From NCBI GenBank assembly GCA_973895155.1, contig OZ316892.1, positions 26,559,233-26,623,232 on the forward strand: a stretch of 64,000 nt of DNA, written 5' to 3'. Source of the stretch: Marsupella aquatica (Eukaryota; Plantae; Marchantiophyta). Both the position numbers and the translations under genes were made by a program. Below the pieces are notes generated by a model, which was not told where the DNA came from, searched no databases, and saw nothing but the letters and a program-made list of their open reading frames with translations. Within the stretch, counting starts at the first letter, position 1; each line of letters begins with the position of its first letter. Shown here piece after piece: positions 1 to 12,449 of the stretch.

Positions 1-624
1 CTTGTTGCTTTGGAATTTTGCAAAATGAGACATTGGTAATGGGCGAAAGCAGAAAAGCACCATTGTTCTAATAGAATGACAGAATGACCGCAAGTTCTAT
101 GACAATTTCATTCGACAATCCAACACGGTCTCCCTCCAGAAGAGCTAAAAGACACTCTTAAGACCTCATCAGTTTATAAAGCACATAAACTTTTACCGAA
201 AATGTAACCAAATTTGCAAGAGGGAGGAGTTCAGTCCAGGCAAGACATTCCAAAATGTGACTTCCATGGACAACTAACAAATCGTTGCGGGAGCCCTCGT
301 CGACAATCACTTTGAGTACGACTGCTACAAACAAGGGTAGCATCTGGACAAAGAAGAGTATAGGTCCATGTTGTCCAAAAACAGTAAATGGATACATTGT
401 TTGAGCTAAAGTAAGTGGAATCTTTAATTCAGCATCTACCGAATTGTTAGGGCCTCACATTCTGAGACACCTGGCCGATGTCTGTTCGGGAGCTTTGGAA
501 TTGTCTCCATCGTCTTCCTCTTCGTTGTCATCATCCTCTTCATCTTGTTCCTCATCATCTCTTCATTGTCATCATCGAGGTCAGCATGCCGTCTCGTTCT
601 GGAACTTCTACTCAGGTATTCCAT
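1..624 (-). pseudogene. Degenerate coding-like remnant with an acidic D/E tract, possibly TE-derived
   Basis: The minus frame of ORF 158..397 extends upstream through a stop into DDEEQDEEDDDNEEEDDG, with an apparent frameshift to the DLDDDNEE of ORF 436..624. No family recognised. Confidence 0.25.
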
Positions 625-2059
625 CTAATTGCATTCAGTTCGGCAACAGCAAACATATCGTGAGTAAACATATTGTTAGTAATGTAGTTCATACCGGATG
701 CTCAAAAAACTTTGAGGAGCTCTTCAACGAGCTTAGGAGTCACTCCAGGTCCAACAAAGAAAATGGAGAGCAGGAGTTATTTTTAGGAGCACAAGTCTAA
801 CAGCACTCTAAGAAAGACAAAAGGAGAGCAGCGGCTAGGAGCACGAGTCGAACAGTCGGTGTAAGAAAACAAAGAATACATAACAGCGAGGACAAGTCCG
901 ACCGCGAGATTAACACGGCAGCACAGGGAGGCCACAACGATGATGCCTGTAACAAAGCAATTGCAAAGCAGACCTCAACCTAAGCCCTATAGTGCACATA
1001 GAAGATTCAGGGGACATCGAAAGGTTGAGCAACACATACATTTTGATGAAGCAACTAGTGTAGAAACATATCTTCAAGAAAGTCGTCTGCTTCATTGTAG
1101 AAGAGGAGGTCCATGGGGAGTCGATCCATATGCATTAACTCTGACTGACACATTGCCATATCTATGATTTCCCTGACCACTACTGTCAGCAACGTTTGCA
1201 TTCAAAACAGGAATATATGCCATGTTAATTTATCAGTTTGAATTCAAAACCAACAAAACATCTCGTGTTGATTTATCTGAGTCAGACATCTACACTGAAG
1301 TGGTTTGGTTGGGCACATCCAACAAGTGGTTCTGTAAAGTGCCTCTAATATGCCATGTTAATTACCTGAGTCGACAGCTACACTGAAGTCGTTTGGTTGG
1401 GAATATCCAAGTCATTAAAATTCAGAGATGTTTTGTGTCTTGGCGTCGGGATATAACCTTCGGATAACTAATTCTCATCCCATAAGCTTTCACCCACTAT
1501 GCTGACCTCGCACTGCTTTTCCGCCTGGGAGGATGATTATGGTCATCGATCCTCGTCAGATTCAGTCACCCTAAACCTTGCCCTGAGGCAACACATCTTC
1601 AACTATAACATCCGGAGAACGTGCACGATGCACTTGAATTCAAGAGCATTATAAAGCATTGAAGATAGAGAGGATTTTCTTGCAAATCACATCCAGCGGA
1701 CAAACAGACGCAAAGGTGTGAAACTTCTTCGCATAACCAGATCATTTGTACAGCTTTGAAGGAACGAAAGGGACTGTTCTGTTTCTAAGTAATCTGCGGT
1801 ACACTGAACAGGGGGAATTACTATTACAATTTAGATGCGAGACACATGTGGTGACCCACGACGGCGGCACAGAATGCTGACGCTGTCCCTGCCTTTCTCT
1901 ACGACGCAGAAGTCCTGCACATTAGGTTCAGAAATTTTGACCATTAGAAACAGGAAACTGTGCCTGAAGACGACTAAAGAATGGATGAATGCAGGAGACT
2001 AGCTAGACAGCAGACCGAAATACACAGTAAGTCCACAAGAAAATGGGAGAGGTTTACAT

Positions 2060-2917
2060 TTAAGGAGGTGGAACCGGCGTTTGCTGCTGCAGTAACACTG
2101 CTGACTTCGGATTCACCATAGGAGGGCCCTGTGCAGTGCGCTCCAATTCAAGCAACTTGAAGGTGACAAGCTTATCCCAATTCCCTCCCTCGAAAAGAAC
2201 TCCAGCCCTACCATCCGTGACTCTCTGCACAATTCCTGAATACATATAGTAGGGATTCCGGGGCTCTTTCACAATAACGGTCATCCCAGGCATCAGCAAG
2301 GGTGGAATGATGGTCTTGGGCTTCGCTCCTGCTGTCCCTCCAAATACCTTAAGCAAAATCTCAAGCTCTTGGTCAGCCTTGCTCTCCTTCTCCTTCTTGG
2401 CCGGCGGTGGGTAATCCTGCAGGAACTTTCCCAACCCTTTCTCCCCCCCTGGAAACCCTCCCACTAGCCCAGACAACTCCTTTTCAAATCCATCGATGCC
2501 CGAGATTTCCACCCTGCCGTCCGCACTGCCGTCGCCCTTCTTCTTCTTACCACTCCCTTCTGGCTCGGAGAACAACTTCTTCATTCCTTCCTCCGTGTTT
2601 GTTGATTTCTCTCCCCCTTTCAGCCCTCTCCCTCCCAACACCTCCCAGAAATTGAAGCCCGCCGCTTTCACACACATTCCTCTGCAGGACGACCCCTTGT
2701 TCCCAATTCCACTCCTCCCTCTAGCTCCTTCTTCGTCTGACTTGCCACCCAATGCGCTTCTGCTCCTTCTGCATCCCCAGAATTCACTTCTCCCTGCTGT
2801 TTCTCCAGCATAGCTGCTGCTTCTGCTACCGCAGGAAGCTGAAGCAGAGGAGGAAGTCTGAGCAGAAGTTAGAGATTGGCATTGTAATTCAAAAGGAGCG
2901 CCTGCACAAACCACCAT
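2060..2917 (-). CDS. ndhS: Chloroplast NDH complex subunit S (CRR31), single exon
   Basis: C-terminal SH3-like NdhS motif [48 protein letters not shown], plus [10 protein letters not shown] and a Ser-rich transit peptide. The likely start is ATG 2917 (MVVCAGAP); the ORF is open to 3004. Confidence 0.93.
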   Translation of the reverse strand: MVVCAGAPFELQCQSLTSAQTSSSASASCGSRSSSYAGETAGRSEFWGCRRSRSALGGKSDEEGARGRSGIGNKGSSCRGMCVKAAGFNFWEVLGGRGLKGGEKSTNTEEGMKKLFSEPEGSGKKKKGDGSADGRVEISGIDGFEKELSGLVGGFPGGEKGLGKFLQDYPPPAKKEKESKADQELEILLKVFGGTAGAKPKTIIPPLLMPGMTVIVKEPRNPYYMYSGIVQRVTDGRAGVLFEGGNWDKLVTFKLLELERTAQGPPMVNPKSAVLLQQQTPVPPP

Positions 2918-3481
2918 TGCTGCAACAATTCTGCGCACTATACTAAATGAAGCTTGGCCCATAAAACTGTACACCCATTCCGTCCACCCTTGCAAGTATA
3001 TCATCCCAATTGCTATGACCTACGGATCAAATTATGGAGAAAGTTTGCCGTGCAATAGGTTGCCAGTCTACAATTAACGCTCATAAAAAGAAAGACACCC
3101 AGACATTGGCAACCTAGGGATTACAAAGTTCTAAATTCGCAGGAAATGGACAAGTGCAGGAAACACACGAGGGTGGGAGAAAACCTACGGAATCGGAGTT
3201 GAGAAGCTGAGCAAGTGACATTTGAAGCTCGGAGAAGAGAAGAATTGCAAGCTAGTGATGAATCTAATGTCCTCTGCCCATGAATTCCAGCTCCCACCGC
3301 AGCGCTTACGGCTTCCATGATTCCTTCACCTCCGAGCTCCCCTCCAAGAGTGGGCAAGGCAGTCGAAAGGCTGCACTAGAGGTACACGATCATGTACGTA
3401 TCAGGGGTATCACTGAACGTATGTGGAGGTGTCTTGTGCCGACGGATACGGAAGCCAATACCCTGTACCAGTTTTTTATTA

Positions 3482-3948
3482 CCCTGTCTCCCAAACTAAC
3501 CATTTTACTAATGTGTCCCCAAACAAAATTAATTATTAATCTTTCCTTGATTTTGTATCAGGGTTAATATTAACTCTTATTTGGGTTCTGGTTGCCATAT
3601 GGCAAGTCACTACTGGCTAGCCTTAACCGGTTGCCACCCCCCTCAGCCCCCCTTTCCCATTGCAAGGCACAGTAAAAGTCCTGGGAGGGGCAAAAATACG
3701 TCAATATTTGCTCGACATTCCCCTTACAAAAACCTGACACTTTCTACCCTCTTTTTTACTCAGGAAAATACAGCAGGGAAGGGGCAGGGGGGCCGAAGGG
3801 GGTCACAGCGGGTTAAGGCTAGCCAGTAGCAACTGCCACATGGCAATGGGAAACCATATACAAGGTAATACTCACCCAAATACAAAATGGGGGCGGGTTG
3901 ATAATTTGGGGGGGCACATTAGTAATATTGGGTAGTTTGAGGGACAGG
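3482..3948. mobile_element. Foldback/MITE-like element with long imperfect inverted repeats
   Basis: ttgccatatggcaagtcactactggctagccttaacc (~3591) pairs with ggttaaggctagccagtagcaactgccacatggcaa (~3811). Outer arms ccctgtctcccaaacta (~3482) and tagtttgagggacagg (~3933) also pair. Non-coding; no TSD found. Confidence 0.65.
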
Positions 3949-5018
3949 TGAACCTAGCATAAGCGCAGAGTGGGTAAGTTAGTAGTGGGTAAGTTAGTTT
4001 TCTTGTGGTTAAGGGGCTGTCTTGCAGGCAGGCAGCCTTTCCTTTAATCCTATACTTAATGGATGGTATCATATGAATTTATGAAGATTTCATGCCTGAA
4101 CCTCCTCCTGAGACCTGACAGCAGTGTTTTTTTGGAAATCAAGGGCAAGTGCCCTATCAACCTTGCAGGACTAATTATTGGGTTACTAATTGTTGGGTTG
4201 TCCAACCATGCACATGCCAAAGTGCATAAATGATATCCCATGCACTTATAACATACCTGGATAAGTGCAGGTACTGTACATGGGCCTGGGCTTTGACACA
4301 CACTCCTCAGCTCTGATATTGCATGATTCAACTGGATAAGTGCACAAATCACTTTATGTAATTGTTTAGTGCACTTATCTATAAATGCTTCTTATGTATG
4401 CATTAGAGTAACAAATAAATACATGTGTACACTTTTAGATGGGAATGCACTTATCTAATTATGGTTTACTTTCGTATTAGTAGTTTAGGGAGGGCTTACC
4501 TACACGTATGCAAACTGCGTTTCTTGGTGTACCTCGCAGAAGAAATTGTTGTAATATTAAGGAACTACATGGCCAACATGCACTTAACAATAGAATGCAC
4601 TTATACACTTGCACTTATGCATGGTTGGTGCAGGTCATGAGGTGGAAGCAGATTGCAAAGACATCCATTTCACCAGTGGGCTTAGATCAGCTTCGCCCAA
4701 TCGAATGAGGGCATCTGTCCACACCCGACAGGAGGATACCTTCGAGAAAGATAGACCCAAAAACATTAAAACAAGCACAAGAAGAAGAAGAGGATAAAAG
4801 GAGATTGAGACAAAACTCCCCTTTTCGCAAGAGCAGAATCGCAAAGCAATATCGAAAGCAAGTCGAAAGCAAAATCGAAAAACGAGCTGCAGCAGAGCAG
4901 CTCGTAAAGCGCTCGAACAGAATCGGAAGGAGAGGAAAGAGCGCAAATCGGTGAGGTCAGTTCAGCAGCAAGGGATTTGTGGAATAGGCTGAAGGAGAGG
5001 AGAGAAGTGGAGAGGAGA

Positions 5019-6568
5019 ATGGCAGCTATGACGTCAATTGTGGGCGTTCAGCTGGGATTGGCCAGCAGCAGGGCAATGGTGAATGGCGCTGCGGTTTCGA
5101 CGAAGAGGGTTACTGCTGGGGCGTCGGGACAGACGGCCTCGCTTTGTGCGGTGCCTGCCCCCAGGTATTGTTGCTCGGAGTTTCATGGCTCAGGTTTGCT
5201 TCTTTGCTTCTTTGCTTCTTATTTTTATTCCTGTGTTTGTTTTCCTTTCTTGCTTGTGGGTGTGTCCAATTCTTTCGTGGCTGCTGGTCGTTTTTTGTTG
5301 CTGTCATGTCCATTTTATGTGGAAATTATTGCGTCTATTATTTTGATTTCCTGCAGCCATGAGAACCAATTCGTTTTATTTCCGTCGTTCGTCAATAGTT
5401 CAGTCATTCCTCCTGTCTTCGCCTGCTCCATCTGTGCATGTTCTTCCTTTACATGCGTGAGTGTCATTTCCGTGCTACCGTCAATGGCTACTGGAGTGGG
5501 TTTGTAGTCGTCATGGATTTGTCAAACAGGTCGCCGTCGTCATGGAGTTTTTAAACAGCAGAGTCGTGCGGTCGCTGTTGCAGGTGTTCATGCTTCGAGC
5601 TCCAGTGTGGTGTTCAGTCTGGAGAGATCACTCGTTAAGGGGCAAGCTACGTGGTCACAGAGAAGACCAACAAGGGGTGAAGGCCTCGTGGTGCGAGGGC
5701 TTTTTGGTTTAGGTGTGCCTGAGCTGGCTGTCATTGCTGGTGTTGCTGCCATCCTGTTCGGTCCCAAGCAGCTGCCAGAGATTGGGAAGAGCCTGGGGAA
5801 GACTGTGAAAAGCTTTCAACAGGTGAAAACTCGGAACTCGTTCTCCTCGATTATTTTCGTATTGTGATCCCAGGGTTAGGGGTTTTCGAAAGGTGGAATG
5901 CATGACTGAATTTCAAAGTCAAGCCTCTTATCGCAGCACGGCTATTTGACCTCCAATCCTCTTTCTCAATTTAAGTACTTCAATTCTTCTGCAAGGGGAA
6001 GGGACACAAGCTGGATTCTACTTGACCAATCAGCACGATCTGAGATACTAAGGGACAACTAAACCCTGTTTTATAGAACGATTCTTGAACCCCTGAATTG
6101 ATCGTAGAAGGGGATGAGTTAGGGGAGAAGGCCGTCAAAATTTACCACACTATTTAGTTTCCAGATAACGTAGTAGGTCGGACTCGGTTGTTCACAAGTA
6201 AATCCGGAGAGTCTGGGTTTTGGATGTTGATCTTCTACTGACTTCGAAGCTCGTCATTATGTATTACTGGGATTTGCGAGGAAGAAAGGAGGAAAAGTAG
6301 GGAAGAGGGGTGCTGAAGTTCTCCATACAGCTGGCGATCTACGTGTTACCGAAGGTTGAATTCCTATAAACTTGAAATCTACTTATTATGAAATTGGTTT
6401 GGATTCGTGCAGGCTGCCAAGGAGTTCGAATCAGAAGTGAAAACTGGAGCTAGCGAGGCGACAACGGAGGCAGCAAAGACTGAGACCCCACCCACCCCTA
6501 CATCTGCCCCTCCACCTCCACCTCCCCCGACGACTGCATCTACATCTTCGGAGAAAGAGAATCTGTAA
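5019..6568 (+). CDS. tatA: Plastid twin-arginine translocase subunit TatA/Tha4; exons 5019-5193, 5584-5822, 6413-6568
   Basis: LFGLGVPELAVIAGVAAILFGPKQLPEIGKSLGKTVKSFQQ|AAKEFESE signature, GT-AG introns in consistent phase, N-terminal transit peptide. Confidence 0.93.
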
Positions 6569-7342
6569 CATTCCTGCTCGCTCTGATACATTATAACATG
6601 AAATTTCAAAATGGCCACATCAGAAGTTTAGCTGAGGTTCCAAGTTTTGTGTAAAGGGTGCATCGATGTTTGTGAATTAAGAAGTTAGAGATCAAGCGTC
6701 CTTACTGAGAGTTTTCAACAGCGGGGCCATGTATTTGTCTGGTTGTCCAACAAGCTGTCCCTCCATTGGACTCCAATTGTTTTTGTGTTGGTTGGCTGGA
6801 TAATTCAAAGTGGAGAACCTACTGGTTCACGAGATATCCGACTCCTTCTCAGCAATTGCACTTTGATGTCATTTCAGCTACACTCTTTGCAGTATTTAGG
6901 CTCACATACACTAATTTAGTGTGGCTCAAATTATTTTGGAAGCGACGGTAAACAGTGTGTGTGTGATTCTAATTACCATCACTCATCAAATGCTCTCACT
7001 TTCATCGAATAGTAACGGAGTTACACTGTTCAATGAAAGTCAGTCATATTGGCTCGCTGGAAAGCGTTTCAACAGTCGACAGATTTTTTTGTGTGACAAG
7101 AGATAGTTTGAATAGATTCTCTTGCTGGATGCTATAGGGAACATCAAAAGTTTGACTGAAATTGATTTATACAAATTGGTAGGATTGACCCTATGAAATA
7201 CAGTAACGCATGCAAGGATTTCGTTCACTTGACATTCTATGGAATATTTCATGTAAAACCTGTATTTTCAATCACATCAAGTCTTCATAGTGAATAACTC
7301 CAAGTGCTTCCACAAGCGTCATTCTTGAAACACAAGGACCAC

Positions 7343-7560
7343 AATCAGCTTAATCTCTAGCAACCTGCCCCATACGCCTCATCCTTGCTAGATGGTGGAC
7401 AGCCCTGATAGAATCAAGCTTAATCTCTAGCAACCTGTGCCCTACACCTTATCCTTGCTAGATGGCTTCCAACCCTGCTAGAATCAAGCTTAATCTCTAG
7501 CAACCCTACGTTGTGCCCTACGCCTCATCCTTGCTAGATGGCACAGAACCCTGATGGAAT
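7343..7560. repeat. Tandem repeat, ~70 bp x3, each unit with an internal inverted repeat TCTAGCAA...TTGCTAGA
   Basis: Units begin aatc(a)agcttaatctctagcaacc at ~7343, 7412 and 7482. Confidence 0.85.
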
Positions 7561-7667
7561 GGCTGCTCTGGTTCGTCATTTGGTTCACCATCATCTAGAG
7601 TTGGTCTACTGCCAAAGAATTTACTCCTTCTAAATTAGTATGTTGTTTTCCAGGTTAGTAAACTTCA

Positions 7668-8048
7668 GGGTGGCAGTAAATAGTGTCACTTGTCAAAAGT
7701 ATTAGGCCCAAGCGATAATTAGTGTGTATGTGACACTACTTCCGAGCAAGACTAATTATTTTCGAGTAAGACTAAATAAAAGGGGACTGCCAATGCGGGT
7801 GGCAGTAAATGGTGTCACTTGTCAAAAGTATTAGGCCCAAGCAACAATTTCGTGTATTGACAGTACTTCTGAGCAAGACTAATTATTTCCTAGTAAGACT
7901 AAATAAAGGGGACTGCCAATGCGGGTGGCAGTAAATAGTGTCACTTGTCAAAAGTATTAGGCCCAAGCAACAATTTCGTGTATTGACACTACTTCCGAGC
8001 AAGACTAATTATTTCATAGTAAGACTAAATAAAGGGGACTGCCAATGC
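7668..8048. repeat. Tandem repeat, ~127 bp x3
   Basis: gtggcagtaaat(a/g)gtgtcacttgtcaaaagtattaggcccaagc...ggggactgccaatgc at ~7669, 7799 and 7925. Confidence 0.9.
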
Positions 8049-8299
8049 ACAATAATTAAGTACTTATGGACCATCTATGCATAGTACCATCCACGCATAG
8101 GAAGACATCCATATAGAAAATACTCCTCTCCATGCCTAGACATCCATGTCAAGTACCCCCATGATAATCTATGCCATACTAGGAGTTTAATTGATGACAA
8201 ATATTACATAATGTAATAAAAAAACATAAAAAAGTAGTGAAAAAGAGGGGATACGGGGAGGGGCGGGGGGTTAAAAGTAATCAAAAAAGGAAAAATACA

Positions 8300-8700
8300 A
8301 AGACAAAAGTCATTCTTACCTAGTGGTACTTTGTGGTTGCTGTCGCATATTTTTTGCATCATGACATCTTTTACTAGATAGCATTTTTTGCAAAATGAGA
8401 TTTTTTAAACAAAAAACTCTTTTACGCGATGATATATTTTGCACTATGATATTTCTTTCAAGAACATCTTTAGTATAACGTCATCTATTATGCATTAACA
8501 TATTTAGCCAAACGATATCTTGTATTACTTAAACATCTTTTGTGCAACGATCTCATTGACTTAACGACATCTTTTAAGCAACAACATATTTTCTTTAGTT
8601 ACATTTTTTACACAACATCTTTTAGTTAACTACATTTAATGCAAGAACATCTTTTACTTGAGAGAGTGAACAAGAACATATTTTATTTATAGACAATTTT
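8300..8700. repeat. Dispersed AT-rich repeat, copy 1, with degenerate ~17-bp acatctttt subrepeats
   Basis: Shares ttttgcatcatgacatctttt and gtcatctattatgcatt blocks in the same order with 15745-16070. Confidence 0.7.
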
Positions 8701-9142
8701 ATTCCAACAATTGCACCTCTGAGCTGTATTGGGTTTAAATAAGAGTGAGAACGTTGCAAAGCAACATGCGTAGCTTTACCAAGGCAGAAATAAGGTGAGC
8801 TCCGAACGATTCTGAGTTGTGGGATTGGTCTTCAACAGACAATGGAATGACGCAGACTGAAACACCAAACGCCCTGAAACGTATTCTGATGGGCTAAATC
8901 GATATGCATTTTAGTCCTACTCAAAAAACGGGGACGGGAACAATCTAAGAATCGCTCAAAAGTCCTGTCACTTTTCTTCTACTCACGAGGAATCGCGTGT
9001 CTCAGTGTTAGACCAACCTGCTTGTGACCTATTTGATTTTTGTGATTCCTATTTTGTGGAAGCTGTTCTGCTGTACTGATCAAAGCGGGAGAGAAGATGT
9101 TCTGTTCTTTGAGGTTACCTTTTCACAGCTCTTCTGACCAAA

Positions 9143-9174
9143 TTTAGGGTTTAGGGTTTAGGGTTTAGGGTTTA
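9143..9174 (+). repeat. Interstitial plant telomere repeat (TTTAGGG)4, a telo-box cluster upstream of the PDCD2-like CDS
   Basis: tttagggtttagggtttagggtttagggttta seen directly. Confidence 0.95.
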
Positions 9175-9971
9175 ACCTGGTTGAACTTGATTTCAGTTCA
9201 GTAAAGTCGACATTGAGAAGTCCTATCTTTAATCGAGCATGTCAGTTCCAGTTCACTTCACGTACTTATCCCTTGTGTTGATTCATGCATGGGAGAGGTT
9301 GGTTGCATGAAGCTGTTTTCCTTAATTAGTAGGTGGAAGTCCGGAAGTCTTACAATTCACATTCCGAGAAGGAACTAATGAGTAATTTCGTAAGTCTAAA
9401 CATTATGTGTTATATTTCCAGGGCTGTGGTGGTGAGATCTGCAGAGATTGCTTCGTTGGTATCCGTTTGGTCAGGTATTCCCTTTTCTCACAGTTGACAG
9501 ATGAAGTGAAATTGATGGAATCGGAGAGTGTACTGCGGACCCGAGTTGTAGTTTCTGTCAGGAAAGCCCTATAGTCTTAGGTGCAAGCCTTTTCCTCGTC
9601 TTGGTCTAGATGAACTATCAATCATAATGCCACGCCGTTTTTTTGGGTGTTACAGAGGGGTTGAGACAGCAGAATGGGCATCAACTGTCCTTGACAGAGT
9701 CTCCAGTTTAGAATTCAGTAGTTGCAGAGCTGTCTTGATGCGGATCGATCCCGTTGCTGCAATGCAGCAGCTTTTAAGTAAGGATTTAGTGCCAAGGTGG
9801 CCAAAGTAAGACACCTGACCATAAACCCTGGCAGACAGCAGCAATTGACGACCAACGAAGTGATTGCATGGGAGGAGATGAGAAAGGCATACAATTGGGG
9901 TTCATACTATTTAGGAGAGGTACTGGCTTCCTGAAAAACACAGTTAAAGCACCTCATTATCGGGCATCCCA

Positions 9972-11288
9972 ATGGACATTGCACCGTCTGGGCTGGAAGC
10001 TGACGAGAAGCAAATGCAGTTGGGACTCCCGGGAGCATGGGCCATCGATAGCAGAGAGCCAAGCGACCATTATACCACCAAAATCGGTGGATACCCGGAT
10101 TGGCCACCCTCACTACAGCATTCAGTCCTCCGGGACGTGCTTCTCAAATGTGCAATGTGTGGAGGTTGGCTAGGTCTCGTTGCACAGGTCTATGCCCCTA
10201 TGGCACTGAAACATACAAAACAGTTGAGCAATCGGACCATTTACGTCTTTGGTTGCCCTGCTCAGGGCTGTGGAGTGGACCCGACTTGCTGGCGCATCAT
10301 AAGGGTTCAAAAGGATCACACAATCGAAACGGATGATCAAATAGGCACAGAAGGACCGAATTCTGCCTCCTTAGAGCACAGCAAATTATGTAACGAGTCA
10401 TCTGCTGAGGAACCTTCAGCCGATTGGTGGGAAGAGGACAATTCGTGGGGAGGTGAAAACCAGGGTGGGGATGCTAATGCCACCCTAAATTCAGAAGAAT
10501 CCCTCAACATAAATGAACTTGCAGCCTCGTTGAGGGAAGCGGGGTTGTTAGCAGCAGAAAATTCTCACAAGGAGCCTCCCAGCACCAAAGGCAATGACGC
10601 AGGAAGGATTTTGAGCGGAGAAGGTAGTAGACAACGAATTACTGTGGCAAGTATTCATAAGAATGCCTCAAATCATAAATTTCCATTATCTGTACTTCCA
10701 TGTTTCTACATTTATTTTGAAGGTGAGTCTATATCCCAAGAGAAGGCAAGCGCATCACGACCATCACTTCCTGCAGATGCTTTGAGTGTTACCAGTCGGA
10801 ATCCCATTGAAGAGAGTGGGGCCAACGGTGCAGAAGTATGGGAAGGAGAAGAATATGAACCTGATCGGGCGCTGTTTGTAGACAAAACCTATCTCAGGTT
10901 TAAAAAACATTTGGATCTCAGTCCACAACAGTGCTTCAGATACTGCTTTGGTGGTCAAGTACTTTGGGCTGTAGAGGACGAGGGTAACGTTTCTTTCGGC
11001 AAATGTGGAGGATGTGGTGGCCCACGAGTTTACGAGATGCAGCTGATGCCGCCCTTGCTCTACTTTTTGCAAGAAGCAATGAAAAGTGATTCAGCTCCTA
11101 AGCCATATTTATTGGATGAGTGGGACTGGTTCACCGTGATTGTTGTCACCTGCGCACAGAGCTGTTCGCAGAAGGCAGACGAGAGTACATTCCTTAGTGA
11201 AGGTAAGGCAGGTTGGAGTATTATAGAAGAGGCCACCATTCTTCAACAGGAAGCTACGAGGATTTCTGCAGCTGACCTGTCTCCGTGA
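9972..11288 (+). CDS. PDCD2-like / TSR4-like protein (PDCD2_C domain), intronless CDS
   Basis: LGLPGAWA...TTKIGGYPDWP, CAMCG...LVAQVYAP, TIYVFGC; C-terminal PQQCFRYCFGG, CGGCGGPRVYEMQLMPPLLYFL, WDWFTVIVVTC. Confidence 0.9.
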   Translation: MDIAPSGLEADEKQMQLGLPGAWAIDSREPSDHYTTKIGGYPDWPPSLQHSVLRDVLLKCAMCGGWLGLVAQVYAPMALKHTKQLSNRTIYVFGCPAQGCGVDPTCWRIIRVQKDHTIETDDQIGTEGPNSASLEHSKLCNESSAEEPSADWWEEDNSWGGENQGGDANATLNSEESLNINELAASLREAGLLAAENSHKEPPSTKGNDAGRILSGEGSRQRITVASIHKNASNHKFPLSVLPCFYIYFEGESISQEKASASRPSLPADALSVTSRNPIEESGANGAEVWEGEEYEPDRALFVDKTYLRFKKHLDLSPQQCFRYCFGGQVLWAVEDEGNVSFGKCGGCGGPRVYEMQLMPPLLYFLQEAMKSDSAPKPYLLDEWDWFTVIVVTCAQSCSQKADESTFLSEGKAGWSIIEEATILQQEATRISAADLSP

Positions 11289-12449
11289 AGAACTGGTGGG
11301 TTACTTACAAATGAACTTGCACATTTCGTCATGTCTGGTGTTTCTATAATACAGTCCAAGGAGCTGCCAAGTGCGCTTGTTAATAGGACTCCTTGGATGT
11401 AGCGTAGTTGAGTCGTCCATGGGGCCAGCTGGATAAAGAGAAGAGGTTGCTTCTGTACGTTGGCCCAATTTCTGAAGTAGACACGGCAATCAAATCAAGA
11501 CCATGCAAAAGGAACGAAGTTTAGTGCCAGAGGGTTAGAATGGGGGTTCCTCTTTACTCTTCATAACTTCTTGAATTTCCTAGAAAGAGGCATTTTTCTG
11601 TTCTGCAAAGGAGTGGTTCATAATTTATCTTGGACACGTATCTTGTAATCTTCGCACACGTCGACTCATGAACGATCCGGCAGAAAATTCTGAATCCAAT
11701 GGACATTGAGGAACCTACCGAGGCACAATATTTTTAGTTAGCTCCTGATACTGTAAGCTAAACTCTTAAACCGTCATCTGTCCAAGCTGATGAATTGCTT
11801 GATGCGGGTTGTGATTCTTTTTAGTATTCGAGTCGGCGGTTTCATTAAATGAAGATTTGGGCTTGGCGCTAAGCACAGTGACTATGTATTTGACCGTCAT
11901 GCGAAAGGGTACCTGGAAACCAGGGTAGCAAAGTGATGTCTTCCACATATAGCAATTTAGGAGTAGAAGCATATGCCTCGGACAAACGCAGTGGTGTCCG
12001 ACTTTCAGACCCAGAGAGCTCGAATAAGAGCTAGAAAAGTTTAAACCAAAACGGAGAAACCTGTGCATCAAACATCAAATTAATAACTCAAAAACCAAAT
12101 TACGTCCATCTCTGCACCTGTCAAGATGAACCTCAAAAAAGTACTTATCATTCAACTACTGGTGTTGAGAAGTTCATCAGCCACCAAAGCAACTGTTAAG
12201 AAATCTTTCCAAAGCCCTAAAAAGAACGTCTACTCCACATTTTCTTTTCATTGGACAACCTGGAAAAAAAAGGCCCACATAGGGGAGGTTGCACTCTTGT
12301 CCAAAAAAGCCGAGGATTGGATTCGATCTATTCTACACTAGAATTGAACCCCATCTGGTATATTGGTCCAGTCATCTGACAGGCAGTAGTACAATCCGCA
12401 ATTCTTCGGTCTGGAACCCTTCCGTCCACCGCCCCGACATCCTCTCCTC

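Noticed and set aside
5194-5507. Hydrophobic C-terminal part of ORF 4977..5507
   Set aside because: T-rich intron 1 of tatA; the donor at 5194 gives the correct phase with exon 2.
9143-9174. Chromosome end or fusion site
   Set aside because: Only four units in one orientation, inside a gene's upstream region.
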